DNA from: Octopus bimaculoides
Taxonomy: Eukaryota
Reading direction: 5' to 3'
DNA: 53,143 nt
Assembly (NCBI RefSeq): GCF_001194135.2
Contig: NC_068990.1
Coordinates: 69,225,378-69,278,520 of the forward strand
The translations under genes and the position numbers were made by a program. Below the pieces are notes generated by a model, which saw nothing but the letters and a program-made list of their open reading frames with translations, did no database searches and was not told the origin of the DNA. The first letter of the stretch is position 1. Each line of letters starts with the position of its first letter. Positions 1 through 11,287 of this stretch are shown here, piece after piece.

Positions 1-59
1 ATATATATACATATATGTGTGTGTGTACGTGTGTGTATGTGTGTGTGCGTGCATATATG

Positions 60-480
60 GGTACAGGACGTCACTAACGGTAAATGAACATAATATACGA
101 AAACAAATGAGTTCAATACGAAAACGACGAGGAAAAACAAATGGAAAACAAGGCAAGTAACATAAAGAACGTCCCTTCATCAGTTGTCAGCTGTCTATCT
201 ACTCCTCATTTCGAGCATTGAACGACAGCATGCGTCTTCGAAGACAGTTGCTCCCATAAGTGCCAAAATAAAATTTAGGATTTATGGAGGGTCAAAAACA
301 GGACAGTGGAGACATACAAGGAAACTGAACGAAAACAAACATGGGGGGTCGTTAGACCAGAACGAGGCTAAAATAGCGAACGCTGGAGAAATATTTTGTT
401 TGAAGAGAATCCTTAGGACAGTCCTGAAGGAAAAGAAAGATGATCACGTGAGGAAAAGAATGATGGATAATGGTCACGTG
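60..480 (-). mobile_element. Penelope-like terminal (pLTR-type) repeat remnant
   Basis: Minus strand reads ...gacagctgacaaCTGATGAagggacg... (CTGATGA at 177-183) then a T-rich tail ending gacgtcctgtaccc; flanked by microsatellites; no coding homology seen. Confidence 0.35.
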
Positions 481-556
481 TGAGCAACGAGAGAGAGAGA
501 AAAAGAGAAAGGGAGAGAGAGAGAGAGTAGTAGATAGAAAACGGTGAAGGGGAGAA

Positions 557-576
557 TACATACATACATACATACA

Positions 577-605
<29 letters not shown>
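557..605. repeat. (TACA)n microsatellite; (TG)n follows at ~681-736
   Basis: Directly visible tandem repeats. Confidence 0.98.
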
Positions 606-607
<2 letters not shown>

Positions 608-679
608 CTATGACGTTTCCGAGTCTGATATCGCGGTGGTATTCCGCGAACGGATCAGCCAAGCGGCGTCCCGTTTGAC

Positions 680-737
<58 letters not shown>

Positions 738-1466
738 ATGCGTGCGTGTGAAAATATTTTGAAACGCTTTAACTGAGAAAGTTTTACGTAATGAATGCAT
801 TTCCTATTATACGTATAATGCGCAAGCCTGAAACGTACGTATTAGATGACTTCAAAATATCACTATTTGGATTGGATATATATATACATATATATTATTC
901 TTTACTCAGTAAATACGATTCCGCCTATATCTGTTGACTGCTACTTCCGTTCGTTAACCGTATATCTTTTTAATTTTTTACTTGTTTCAGTCATTTGACT
1001 GCGGCCATTTTAGGACATTACCTTGAACGGTAGATACCATAAGAGAAACGCTCATATTGACTTTTGGAGCAAAATGCACTCTCGTTTATCTCGCTCGTGG
1101 TGAGATAAATCGCTGCCATCTCCAGCACCGACCCCATCAGATCAAGTGATTTCAAGCTTCCATAGTCTTGCCACTGATGGACAATCGACCGCTAAAGATA
1201 TGTCGGCACGTACGTATATTAACGAATTTTGTTATCTATGAAAAAAATAAGTAAGTCAACCAGTTATACACTAGGCTCATTTCCTCAATTCGTTTGATTA
1301 AACTCCATCTTGTTCAAAGAAATTGTATCGATGCATGAGAAAGAAATCATTAACGATACAATTAGCATTGTTTTGCATATTCCACCTAACTACAAACAGA
1401 ATACTTCCAAATGGTTGTAAAAGAATTTACAAGTCTTCCATCACGACCAGCCTACACACACCTCAC

Positions 1467-1501
1467 TCTATGTATTCGTGCGCCGACTCTCCCGACGCCA
1501 T
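1467..1501 (-). CDS. Candidate first coding exon MASGESAHEYI(E/D) of a gene running leftwards
   Basis: CpG-rich context, caatATGGCG start, consensus donor AGA|gtgagg at 1466; protein not recognised. Confidence 0.25.
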
Positions 1502-1909
1502 ATTGCCAGTGTTTTCCTTTCTTTGTTCACTTTATTCTTCAGACTGTGAAATTCGTCTTCAGAACAACTAAAAATAGAATCAATATTTGTAGATGTTTTT
1601 AAAATCCTGATGGAATCAGAATCAGAAAGAATAAAATATAATAAGATCGATTAAAGCAGCCATAGATTTAGATGAAACGTCTCCGGAGGAATCACAAAGG
1701 AGACGCAGAATATTTATCGATCAATACGTTCTATCGATTTCAGAAATGTAATGAGAGAAAATATTTAAAAAAACCACTTTTGTATGCACAAATGTACATG
1801 TGCAATCGAACTGATATCTTATGGGATATATTGTTATCAATCAAGTATTGACGATAATATAGATCAGTTATATATTTTTCGTTATGAATCACTAATGAAG
1901 GACATCATG

Positions 1910-1940
<31 letters not shown>

Positions 1941-1955
1941 TTGTTTGTGTGTGCG

Positions 1956-2027
<72 letters not shown>

Positions 2028-2111
2028 TGTATTTATGTATTAAAAGGTAAAGGTCAACAGTAACTTCGAAATTTCGGTTTATTTGCCTTCATCAAATTGT
2101 AATGTACATTT

Positions 2112-2184
2112 GGTGGAAGGATGGACTGAACCCGCGACCATACCGTTGGAAGCAAGCTTCTTACCACACAACCACGCCTGCACC
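2112..2184 (-). mobile_element. tRNA-derived SINE head
   Basis: Minus strand ggtgcaggcgtggttgtgtggtaag (A-box-like) ... gggttcagtcc (B-box-like). Confidence 0.7.
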
Positions 2185-2187
2185 TAC

Positions 2188-2220
<33 letters not shown>

Positions 2221-2518
2221 TAAACATACATTTATTAAGTCGACCGTATGGTGAGAAGAGATGACTGTCTATAAGTCTTTCACGTGATTAATTGAAAGGA
2301 AAGAGAAGAGAAAGCATAAGTTGGAGAGAGAAAAAGGGTGAGAGAGAAGTGCCCATGACGTGAGGTAGGAAAAACGTCATATTTATTACGTGGTTAAAAA
2401 AGTTAGTTGAAGGTAGTGATGATATAGAGGAGAAGAGTTAAAAATATGATTTTAGCAGAGGGGTGATGTTCTGATGGTGAGGTTAAAGAAAGGCAGAGAG
2501 AGAAAGAAGAGAGAGGAG

Positions 2519-2751
2519 GGAGAGAGAGTGGGAAGAGAGAGAGTGGGAAGAGAGAGAGTGGGAAGAGAGAGAGTGGGAAGAGAGAGAGTGAGAAGAGAGA
2601 GAGTGGGAAGAGAGAGAGTGGGAAGAGAGAGAGTGGGAAGAGAGAGAGTGGGAAGAGAGAGAGTGGGAAGAGAGAGAGTGGGAAGAGAGAGAGTGGGAAG
2701 AGAGAGAGTGGGAAGAGAGAGAGTGGGAAGAGAGAGAGTGGGAAGAGAGAG
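2519..2751. repeat. 15-bp purine-rich minisatellite (GAGAGAGTGGGAAGA)n, ~15 copies
   Basis: Directly visible; explains the ERVGR / LSLPT / FPLSL repeat ORFs. Confidence 0.97.
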
Positions 2752-4159
2752 GTGGTGGTGGTGGTGGAGGCGGCGGCGGATGTAGTGGTGCACAGGTGAT
2801 GATGGTGGATGTAGTGGTGTGGATGTGGAGGGTTGATTTGATAATGAAAAGTGTATTTTTTTAATTGAACTAAGTTTTTAATATTACCTATCATTTAACG
2901 CATGCGCATAAATGCAATTCCGTGAAGTATTCACACTTATTTACGTGGCAGATATATGCAATTTAACTAAAGGTTGTATCATATGTACGGGATATTTTTT
3001 GTTTGTTTATGGGGAAAATGGAAAAATAAGAGTGAATATTTATTTTTTGAGCGCTGTGCATTAAGTGTATAAAATTGTGCATAAAGTATAGAAAGTGTAT
3101 ATATTATTTGAGAAACAATTGAGGAAGTAGTAATTACGTAATACGTCATCGATCGTTTAAGATAATCGTTTAAGTTCTAGAAGTAATGGAACCATGTGGT
3201 TTGAAAAAAACATGTAAGTTTTAATACTTTGTAGTTTTATCATCTTTTAAACAGCTTTAATTTAGCTCTAATCGTAGCAAAGTTTTATAGTAATAGTTAA
3301 TTACAAGTATATTTTATTAGTTCTTATTTAGTAAATTTAATGTTTCTATTAGTTACAGGTTAGTTTACATTATAGCTTGTAAGGGTTATATATATCAAGA
3401 GTGTGTAGTGTTTTTATTATTAATTTTTGAATTATGAAATAATGTATTTCAATTATAATTATTATATTATTCATTAAATTGAATTCAATCGCGTTTTGTT
3501 TTGGAGAGAATTGAAACAAAGCTTTCACTTTCTTGTATTATAGTAGTAACTATGGAAGGCTAGTGGGATTATTATTCGTATGGACTTAAAGATTGGTCAC
3601 TATTTAGTATATAATTTAGTTATTCTAGGATTACTATTAATACCGATACAGATGAATATAGAGTTATGTGTTTCTTGTTGTAGTTTAATTTTTAAGTTAG
3701 TGTTTAATCTTGCCTATGTTCAGATTGAATACTGTTGTACATAAGATAAATGTGTTTGAAAGTTGTCTTTTTTGTATGTTTGTTCCAAAACAACACATCT
3801 TTTTGTGCTATTGACACCGCCGGATTGAATGGTACTGCCCAAGTTTCGAAACCATAATGATATATGTGGGGCAACTGATGATGGAGGTATGTTGGATTGT
3901 TGGTATGGCCGTTTTTGTATATGTAGAATAGTGTTATAACACATCCTTTTGATATAAATTGCATTAAGTAATCATCGTATTCCAATTTCTTTCACTTTTC
4001 AACGAATTGCAGATGAGCGACTATCTTTCCATACATACACAATACAGGCTACCCTTTCAGGATTTTTGGATAAAGTTTTCAGAAATAACCCAATAGGTTT
4101 ACCATTAGTTCCATGAAATATTCTCGGGTCCCGCTAGTTATTATTAATATTTCCAGGTC

Positions 4160-4235
4160 TTTGTTCTGTGTATTCAAATCAAGCCTAGGTCAGCTTTGCA
4201 TTTCATCCTTGAAAGGTCAATGAAATAAAGTATTG
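4160..4235 (+). mobile_element. Degenerate SINE fragment
   Basis: ttcaaatc..ggtcagctttgcatttcatcc..gaaataaagta resembles the core of the 5060 SINE. Confidence 0.6.
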
Positions 4236-4317
4236 GGGATGCTGTAACTGGCTTGCTTCAACCCTTCAAAACTTGTGTCAAAATTAGGAAAAAAAATTAT
4301 TATTATTATTATTATTA

Positions 4318-4373
<56 letters not shown>

Positions 4374-4670
4374 TACTGAAGCAGCAGCAACAGTTATATA
4401 TATATATANNNNNNNNNNNNNNNNNNNNNNNNNNNNNNNNNNNNNNNNNNNNNNNNNNNNNNNNNNNNNNNNNNNNNNNNNNNNNNNNNNNNNNNNNNNN
4501 NNNNNNNNNNNNNNNNNNNNNNNNNNNNNNNNNNNNNNNNNNNNNNNNNNNNNNNNNNNNNNNNNNNNNNNNNNNNNNNNNNNNNNNNNNNNNNNNNNNN
4601 NNNNNNNNNNNNNNNNNNNNNNNNNNNNNNNNNNNNNNNNNNNNNNNNNNNNNTAGATAGAAATAGTAAA

Positions 4671-4713
<43 letters not shown>

Positions 4714-4780
4714 GACAGCGAAACTGGCTGATTACTACCTAGCTCAGATACCAGAAAACCCCAAAATGGCTGAAGTTCTT

Positions 4781-5025
4781 ATCTTGTTTATTGTTAACAC
4801 AACGTTTCGGCTGATATAACCTCCAGCCTTCTTCAGGTGTCTTGGAGAAATTTCGAAACCTGGGTTCTCATTCCTGAGGATGTTAATAATAACATCGAAA
4901 AATACCTTAGGAATGAGAACCCAGGTTCAAAATTTCTCCCAAGACACCTGGTGATGGCTGGAGGGTTGTGTTAACAACAAACAAAAGGAGGACAAATATC
5001 CGTCGAATGTAAATAATGCAAATAA
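4781..5025. mobile_element. Penelope-type inverted terminal repeat (hairpin) with hammerhead-like core
   Basis: Arms ~4781-4880 and ~4900-4985 are reverse complements (gggttctcattcctgagg / ccttaggaatgagaaccc); a partial second copy lies at 42166-42241. Confidence 0.65.
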
Positions 5026-5059
5026 TGTAAAGTTATAGTTATTATTATATGCATATCTA

Positions 5060-5429
5060 AGGCGGCGAGCTGGCAGAAACGTTAGCACGCCGGGCGAAAT
5101 GCTTAGCGGTATTTCGTCTGCTGCTACATTCTGAGTTCAAATTCCGCCGAGGTCGACTTTGCCTTTCATCCTTTCGGGGTCGATTAAATAAGTACCAGTT
5201 GCGCACTGGGGTCGATGTAATCGACTTAATCCCTATGTGTGTCCTTGTTTGTCCTCTCTATGTTTAGCCCCTTGTGGGCAACAAAGAAGAAATGCTTAAC
5301 GGTATTTCATCTGCCGCTACGCTCTGAGTTCAAATTCCACCGAGGTCGACTTTGCCTTTCATTATTTCGGGTTCGATAAATTAAATACCAGTAAAACACT
5401 TGGGTGGATGCAATCCTGTAGTAGAAAGG
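5060..5429 (+). mobile_element. tRNA-derived SINE dimer with 19-bp target-site duplication
   Basis: A-box-like ggcgagctggcagaaacgttag, B-box gagttcaaattcc in both units; ATTATTATATGCATATCTA at 5041-5059 and 5430-5448. Confidence 0.9.
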
Positions 5430-5790
5430 ATTATTATATGCATATCTATTCTTAAAACATCTAAGCCCGTTCAAACGAAAAAATACGATGTTCGCTGTGG
5501 TGAACGTTATAGGTGAATAACTTCTCCCTTTTTCAACTTCAGTGTGTTTAACACACTCAGTCCATTGGCTTTATCTAAGCTCAGAGTTCTGGATACTTCT
5601 GGCTGGCGAGACATAACATATCGAAATACCAGTGTTCCAGAATACTACGGCCCAATGAGCTGAGTGTGTTGAACACACTGTCGTCGAAAAAAGGAAAAGC
5701 TATTTTCCTATGACGTATACTACAGTGACTAGCATATTTTGCGTCAGAACTTGCCTAGACGTGTTTGGAATAAATATGGGAATAATCGTT
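5430..5790. mobile_element. Old foldback MITE-like element with long imperfect inverted arms
   Basis: 5430-5569 aligns with the reverse complement of 5650-5790 (e.g. cagtgtgtttaacacactcag / ctgagtgtgttgaacacactg). Confidence 0.7.
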
Positions 5791-6949
5791 CCAGGCCTCA
5801 CTGTACACGGTACAAAAGATGATTTTTTTTCTATCATTCTTATATTCTGAATTTCATTCTGAACACTCACGATTTTAATGGGTTGAGTTAATGTTTTCCT
5901 GCTACGTCAGTATTCTTGTTATTACCTAACATTGCGAACAGCTCCCAGCAAAATATGTCAGTACATGTTTGTTATGTATTAGATTTGAGTGCCTGCTAAC
6001 GAAAACTTGAACGACTAATAGAGATAAGTCAGGTATGGTTATGAAAATGATATTATTCCTCCCAAATATATTAACTTTATACGAAACAAAAGTGAGAGAG
6101 AGAAAGGACATATATTCTCATAAACTTGGAATAAACAAACACCAAGCGTACATATCAACTGAAAAAATACATACTGCAGAAGATGATATATATGATATAG
6201 GTATTGGCGCGTGTTCAGAATTTTTGGTAAACAGATAGACAAATGTGTGTGTGTGTCTACAAAGAGAGAGTGAAAAAGATGAATAGATAGATAGAAAGAC
6301 AGATAGATAGATAGATAGATAGACAGATAGATACTTAAACATATAGAGAGAGAGGGAAAGAGAGAATGAAAGAGACAGACAGATAGGCAGACATGCGGGT
6401 GGGCAAGCTGACAGACAGAGAGACAGATACGTGTACAGACAAATAGATATATACATAGATGTATGTGTGCGTGTGTGCATGTGTGTGTGTGTGTGCGCGC
6501 ATGCATGTGTGTGTATGTGTGTGTGTGCACTCTTGATTCTAGGTAATTCGCTTATGACTGCTATAATCTTTAATATGTAATTTTTTCACGCCAACTCGTA
6601 TATAAAATATTATTCGTTAGCGATTCCATTATTACTGTTTTGACAAGTACCATATTGAAAAAGTCAAATAAGAACGAAACAAGATAGAATTATCTTCCGT
6701 AGTGATTGAAACTGTTAAACTGTTATTTGTCATTCAGTTAATGCTGCTTTTTCCACACCGCATAAGTAAGATTTTTGACGCTCCCTGCATTAAAATGTTT
6801 TAACACTGACTTAACTGTTTTTCATGCGGGCGGTGTCTCTGAGTAATTAATGATTTATTGTCTTAAATATTATTAATGACTTTGTACAGCACGTCAAGTG
6901 CTGTAACGAGTGTGAATTTATGGATGTTTTAGGTATGTGAATAGATTCT

Positions 6950-7200
6950 GCTTGGCTGAATGGCTAAGAAGATTGTTTTGCAATCACAAGCACCTTGGTT
7001 CGATCTCACGCGTAACATCTTTTACGGTTGTCATAAGTTGATCTGAACCTTGTGAGGGAAACTTGGCAAATAGAAACTGTGAAGAAGCTCGCAGCAAGAT
7101 ATTGTGTCTGCAATTCAAAGATACGGTCTGGTCACACACTTTGTCACGTTAATTTTATCATCGGATAGCGTTAAGGTTACTCATGTCTATGGAATACACA
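6950..7200 (+). mobile_element. Degenerate tRNA-derived SINE
   Basis: ggctgaatggctaagaag...ggttcgatc head and ggaaactgtgaagaagc body resemble other SINE copies here. Confidence 0.55.
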
Positions 7201-7269
7201 TTCACTTACACGCTAATTCAACGAACAGATTATTCGGTTGATTGAATTACTGTATTTTCATCATCGAAA

Positions 7270-7571
7270 GATGGCGATGGGTCACTGAACGTAATACAGG
7301 CAATCTCCGAATCAAGGAGGCCATCTTTATTACAAACTAAGGCCAGCTCTAAACAATGGAAGGGAACTACATGCAGCAGGTTGGCTATGTTACTATCTTC
7401 TCCCACATATCTGAGCAACGACATATTCCATCTCTCATTCCACCATGTGTTCTGAGAAAGGCCTCATAACTCTGAAATATCGATATACAAGAGAAAGCTT
7501 CAAGTGTTGTTCCGTTTTCACTTTTGTAGTACACTTTGCATTTCATTTCTTATAGTTTCGGCCTCATCTAG
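7270..7571 (+). mobile_element. Penelope-like element 3' end (GIY-YIG C-terminus remnant plus terminal repeat)
   Basis: Translates ERNTGNLRIKEAIFIT-(frameshift)-RPALNNGRELHAAGW, like the PLE endonuclease tail RxIKEAIxIxxxxPxLN; followed by CTGAGAA...GAAAT. Confidence 0.55.
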
Positions 7572-7636
7572 TTTTTGCTACATACATACATGCATGCATA
7601 CAAGTTTTTGTTTTATACATACATACAAGTTTTTGC

Positions 7637-7667
<31 letters not shown>

Positions 7668-8828
7668 GAAGATTGCCTCTTCTTGTTGAATGACCGCTGT
7701 CTCACATTCAACCTGATTGTTCTGATTTACTTTCATCCTTGCATGTGTGCAGCTGTGACTTTTCAGGCCAGCTATTGACTTACATCATATTAAACACAAG
7801 CGACATATGTTATCTTGTGTCTACAGGATTAATTTCATTTGTTTGTGGCAGTTACTGTTGATGAACCTTGAGGTGGTGTTGTAGACCAGGACTGATCTTG
7901 AGTATCTTGTATAAGTGTCAAACAGTTTTTGTTAGACTACTCAGACAGATGATTTGTTTTCAGTGGTTGAGACCTGTGTAGGACCAGACACACTTCTTGG
8001 AAATGCCAAGAGCAGAAAGATGATGCATTTTGACTAAAAGCTACTGGTCAAAGCGACAAAAAATCAATTAAGTCCACAGACAGGCAGTTTTACCACATTT
8101 GCGAGATGCCTGGTGCAATGGCACTGTTTTACCAAATTCCTCAAGGAAGAAAACCCACAGGTGGACGACATTGGAGAATAAATGACCAGTAAATGATCAA
8201 TCGATGTTCTGTAGATCTGACTTTACGAAAGACGTGCCGGTGGCTATTAATGAGATTCAGAGACTCAAAGCTTTTTGTCAAAATGCATCATCTTTCTGCT
8301 CTTGGCATTTCCAAGAAGTGTGTCTGGTCCTACACAGGTCTCAACCACTGAAAACAAATCATCTGTCTGAGTAGTCTAACAAAAACTGTTTGACACTTAT
8401 ACAAGATACTCAAGATCAGTCCTGGTCTACAACACCACCTCAAGGTTCATCAACAATAACTGCCACAAACAAATGAAATTAATCCTGTCGACACAAGATA
8501 ACATATGTCGCTTGTGTTTAATACGATGTAAGTCAATAGCTGACCTGAAAAGTCACAGCTGCACACATGCAAGGATGAAAGTAAATCAGAACAATCAGGT
8601 TGAATGTGAGACAGCGGTCATTCAACAAGAAGAGGCAATCGTCATGTGTATGTATGTATGTAGCAAAAACTTGTATGTATGTATAAAACAAAAACTTGTA
8701 TGCATGTATGTATGTATGTAGCAAAACCTAGATGAGGCCGAAACTATAAGAAATGAAATGCAAAGTATACTACAAAAGTGAAAACGGAACAACACTTGAA
8801 GCTTTCTCTTGTATTTCCATATTTCAGA
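7471..8828. repeat. Long inverted duplication: arms 7471-8042 and 8269-8828, 226-bp spacer
   Basis: About 11 substitutions plus a (TACA)n length difference between arms (~98% identity, by eye). Confidence 0.97.
8043..8660 (+). mobile_element. RTE-clade LINE 3' end (degenerate)
   Basis: HICEMPGAMALFYQIPQGRKPTGGRHWRIND resembles the RTE C-terminal RT motif; CRLCLIRCKSIADLKSHSCTH is the RTE terminal C2H2-like motif; (ATGT)n tail. Confidence 0.7.
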
Positions 8829-8990
8829 AAGTTGTTTGTTTCAATTACCTTGGAGATGTTGGAAGTCAATGTAATACGATAGTAATCGGCAGGGTCAGAG
8901 AGGATTTCCTAATATGGAATGGAACACACTGTAGTGTTTCAAAGATCGAGATATATCCTTAAAGTGAAAGAGTCTGAATTGAGCTTAAGA
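8829..8990 (+). mobile_element. Old RTE RT fragment
   Basis: KVVCFNYLGDVGSQ...GRVR resembles RTE VVDSFRYLGD...ARIR. Confidence 0.45.
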
Positions 8991-9773
8991 CCCTGTTGAA
9001 AGATGTGGGGCAACGTGACATCGTCTTCACTGGAGACACATCCAAAGATTATTACGGTTTGGAGGAAACTTGGTTTTCATGATGTCCAAGTCATGTTTTT
9101 CAGTGTTTACAGGATTCACGAAATAACAGACATGATGTCAGCATTTTGATACCCAATGCGAATCATTATGATATAGCTAACTCATTTCCAATATTCAGAT
9201 GCCCTTCAGTCCGCCACATGAGCTAACTTTTTCTCAGCTACAACTTTTATGCTCTCCAACACCGTTGCCTATTCATTAGAACGTTAAGCTGTTTCTGAAA
9301 AAAAAAATGGAGACAAAAAATCGTTAAATTTAGCCCGATTATCCTCTGTTTCTGTCGTATTTGGTACAGAAATTATTCGAAGATAAGGCTTATCTTTCTA
9401 TCTTCATCATATCTTCAGACGATGAGTGAAAGCTGATAACGGTGCACCTGTGGTTAGAGGAAAATGTTACATTTCAGTTTGTTAATTTGTCTTTGACATA
9501 AAATCTTAGTTGGCGCTTCATAGAAGAAAACTCATGGTTGACAAGAACACCGGTAGAATGAAATTAAAACAAAACGGTGAACACAGTTTCATACCAAACC
9601 CAGCCAATAATATGTCTGGCCTAGTGTTGGCTCAAGGTTGTGGCTAGTGTGGGCCAAGCAAGATATGCGTATATTTGCTGTAGTTGAAGGTTTGCTGCGG
9701 TTAACGTTGGGAGCGGCCAGTGTTGTTGCCGTATAAGGTAACTCGATCAGTCATGCGCTTCAGGGCGTCATAT

Positions 9774-9835
9774 CCTGTTTCGGATCTTCCATATACAAGG
9801 AGGACCTGTTTCGGATCTTCCATATACAAGGAGGA
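9774..9835. repeat. Perfect 31-bp tandem duplication
   Basis: cctgtttcggatcttccatatacaaggagga x2 (9774-9804, 9805-9835). Confidence 0.97.
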
Positions 9836-10281
9836 GAAATTGAAAACAATGAACAAAATAAAGCATTTTATTATCATGTTAAATATATTATTATTATTAT
9901 CATCATCATCATCATTATTATTATTATTATTATTNNNNNNNNNNNNNNNNNNNNNNNNNNNNNNNNNNNNNNNNNNNNNNNNNNNNNNNNNNNNNNNNNN
10001 NNNNNNNNNNNNNNNNNNNNNNNNNNNNNNNNNNCGACTTAATCCCTTCCCCCAAATTTGAGGCCTTGTGCTTCCAGTAGAAAATATTATCATTAAATTT
10101 CTGTAGCATTTCTGTATTAGCTTTAGTTAAAACATGCATATTTGGACTTCAAGGTGGGCTCAAACGACACAGTCAGTTTACAGCTTTGCTCAGTCTGTGA
10201 TTGGCTTTTAGATGGTCGTGGTCTCACGTGGTGAAACCATCTAATAACGAGTCCGTTCAGAAGGTTGGAATAATATATATA

Positions 10282-11278
10282 TGTACCAGAGGGAAAAGAG
10301 AGAGACACAACCGAGTAGAATGTTTGAGAAATGATTTATTGATATGTTAACATGTATGTCTGTGTGTGAGTCATGCATACAGAATAACAGACAGGCCGTC
10401 GTGAGAACAAAGTGTGTGTACAGGAATGGATGCATGCGTGTGCGTTAAGTACATATAAGAATTACCATGAGGGAGACAGTGATAGAGTCTATAATGAGAA
10501 GTTAGAAGAATGTTCATAGACACAAGAAATGAGAGTACCAGTTCGTAATCAATTGTATACGATAATTGAAATACTGTATCTAGAAGTTGCGGTGATGACG
10601 CTGAGCCGGTTGCGATACATGTCGTACGAAGTTGTGGCTGTAATGCTGCTTCCTAGGTCACTTGGTACAGGAGTTCTCACAGGTTGTATGTTTGCTGTTG
10701 ATCCATGGTGAAGTCATTCACGAACAGTGCTGTATCGAAACCTGGGTGAGCTGCTGGCTGCTGTGTACATAGAGTGATGATGTTGCCGACGTTAAGAAGA
10801 TGATAGTGGCGACAAAGAAAGAGATTGCCGTAATGCTGTTGGATGAAGTTGGTAAGTCTCAACGTAGCTGCTGTTGTGTTGTCGCTGGAACTGGCTGTGC
10901 CTTGTGTCGTCAATGGCTAGACCTTAAATGGTCTGGAACCAAAGACTTCGAGACGAGGAGTAGCTGGGTTTTTACAAGGGGCTGTAGGCTCAAACTGGGT
11001 TAAGAACAGGCTGTCTCACATGATCTTATTTAGAGCTCTGATTGGTTATACGCTACAGATTGGCGCGACAGAGTAAGAGACAAATTGCGCCAATACCAAC
11101 CAATCAGAATAGTGGACAAAACGGGGTCCAAATAGCCCCCAAAGTTTAGCTGTCACCTGCTACGTTCGAATGTACGTATATATAATAAAGGAGAGAGGGG
11201 TATTTCGCTTGAGCATTCGCTACAGGCTGAATTAACTAGTTCCTTCGGACAGGTGTTCTCTGCTACGTCCGATTGTCA
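10282..11278 (-). mobile_element. LTR-like non-coding element(s), possibly solo LTR
   Basis: Starts at a TA run with tgtacc, AATAAA on minus strand at ~10335, CCAAT boxes at ~11040-11105, tgtcac ends at ~11156 and ~11278; CpG-rich, no coding homology. Confidence 0.45.
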
Positions 11279-11287
11279 CTTATATAA

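Noticed and set aside
2403-2894. Repeat-peptide ORFs (FPLSL, ERVGR); also YVCM, HTHT, LACL and poly-Y/L/I ORFs elsewhere
   Set aside because: Translations of micro- and minisatellites
2899-2908. NRF1-like CGCATGCGCA
   Set aside because: Single partial motif with no other promoter evidence
3704-3985. 93-aa minus ORF (..LPHIYHYGFETWAV..)
   Set aside because: Only weak resemblance to a LINE RT C-terminal YGxETW motif; too little to classify
5060-5150. SINE heads as tRNA genes (also 2112-2184, 35211-35240)
   Set aside because: Only A/B-box similarity; no full cloverleaf, and they continue into SINE bodies
7230-7424. Minus-strand ORF MSLLRYVGEDSN... as a host exon
   Set aside because: Better explained as antisense to the Penelope GIY-YIG remnant on the plus strand
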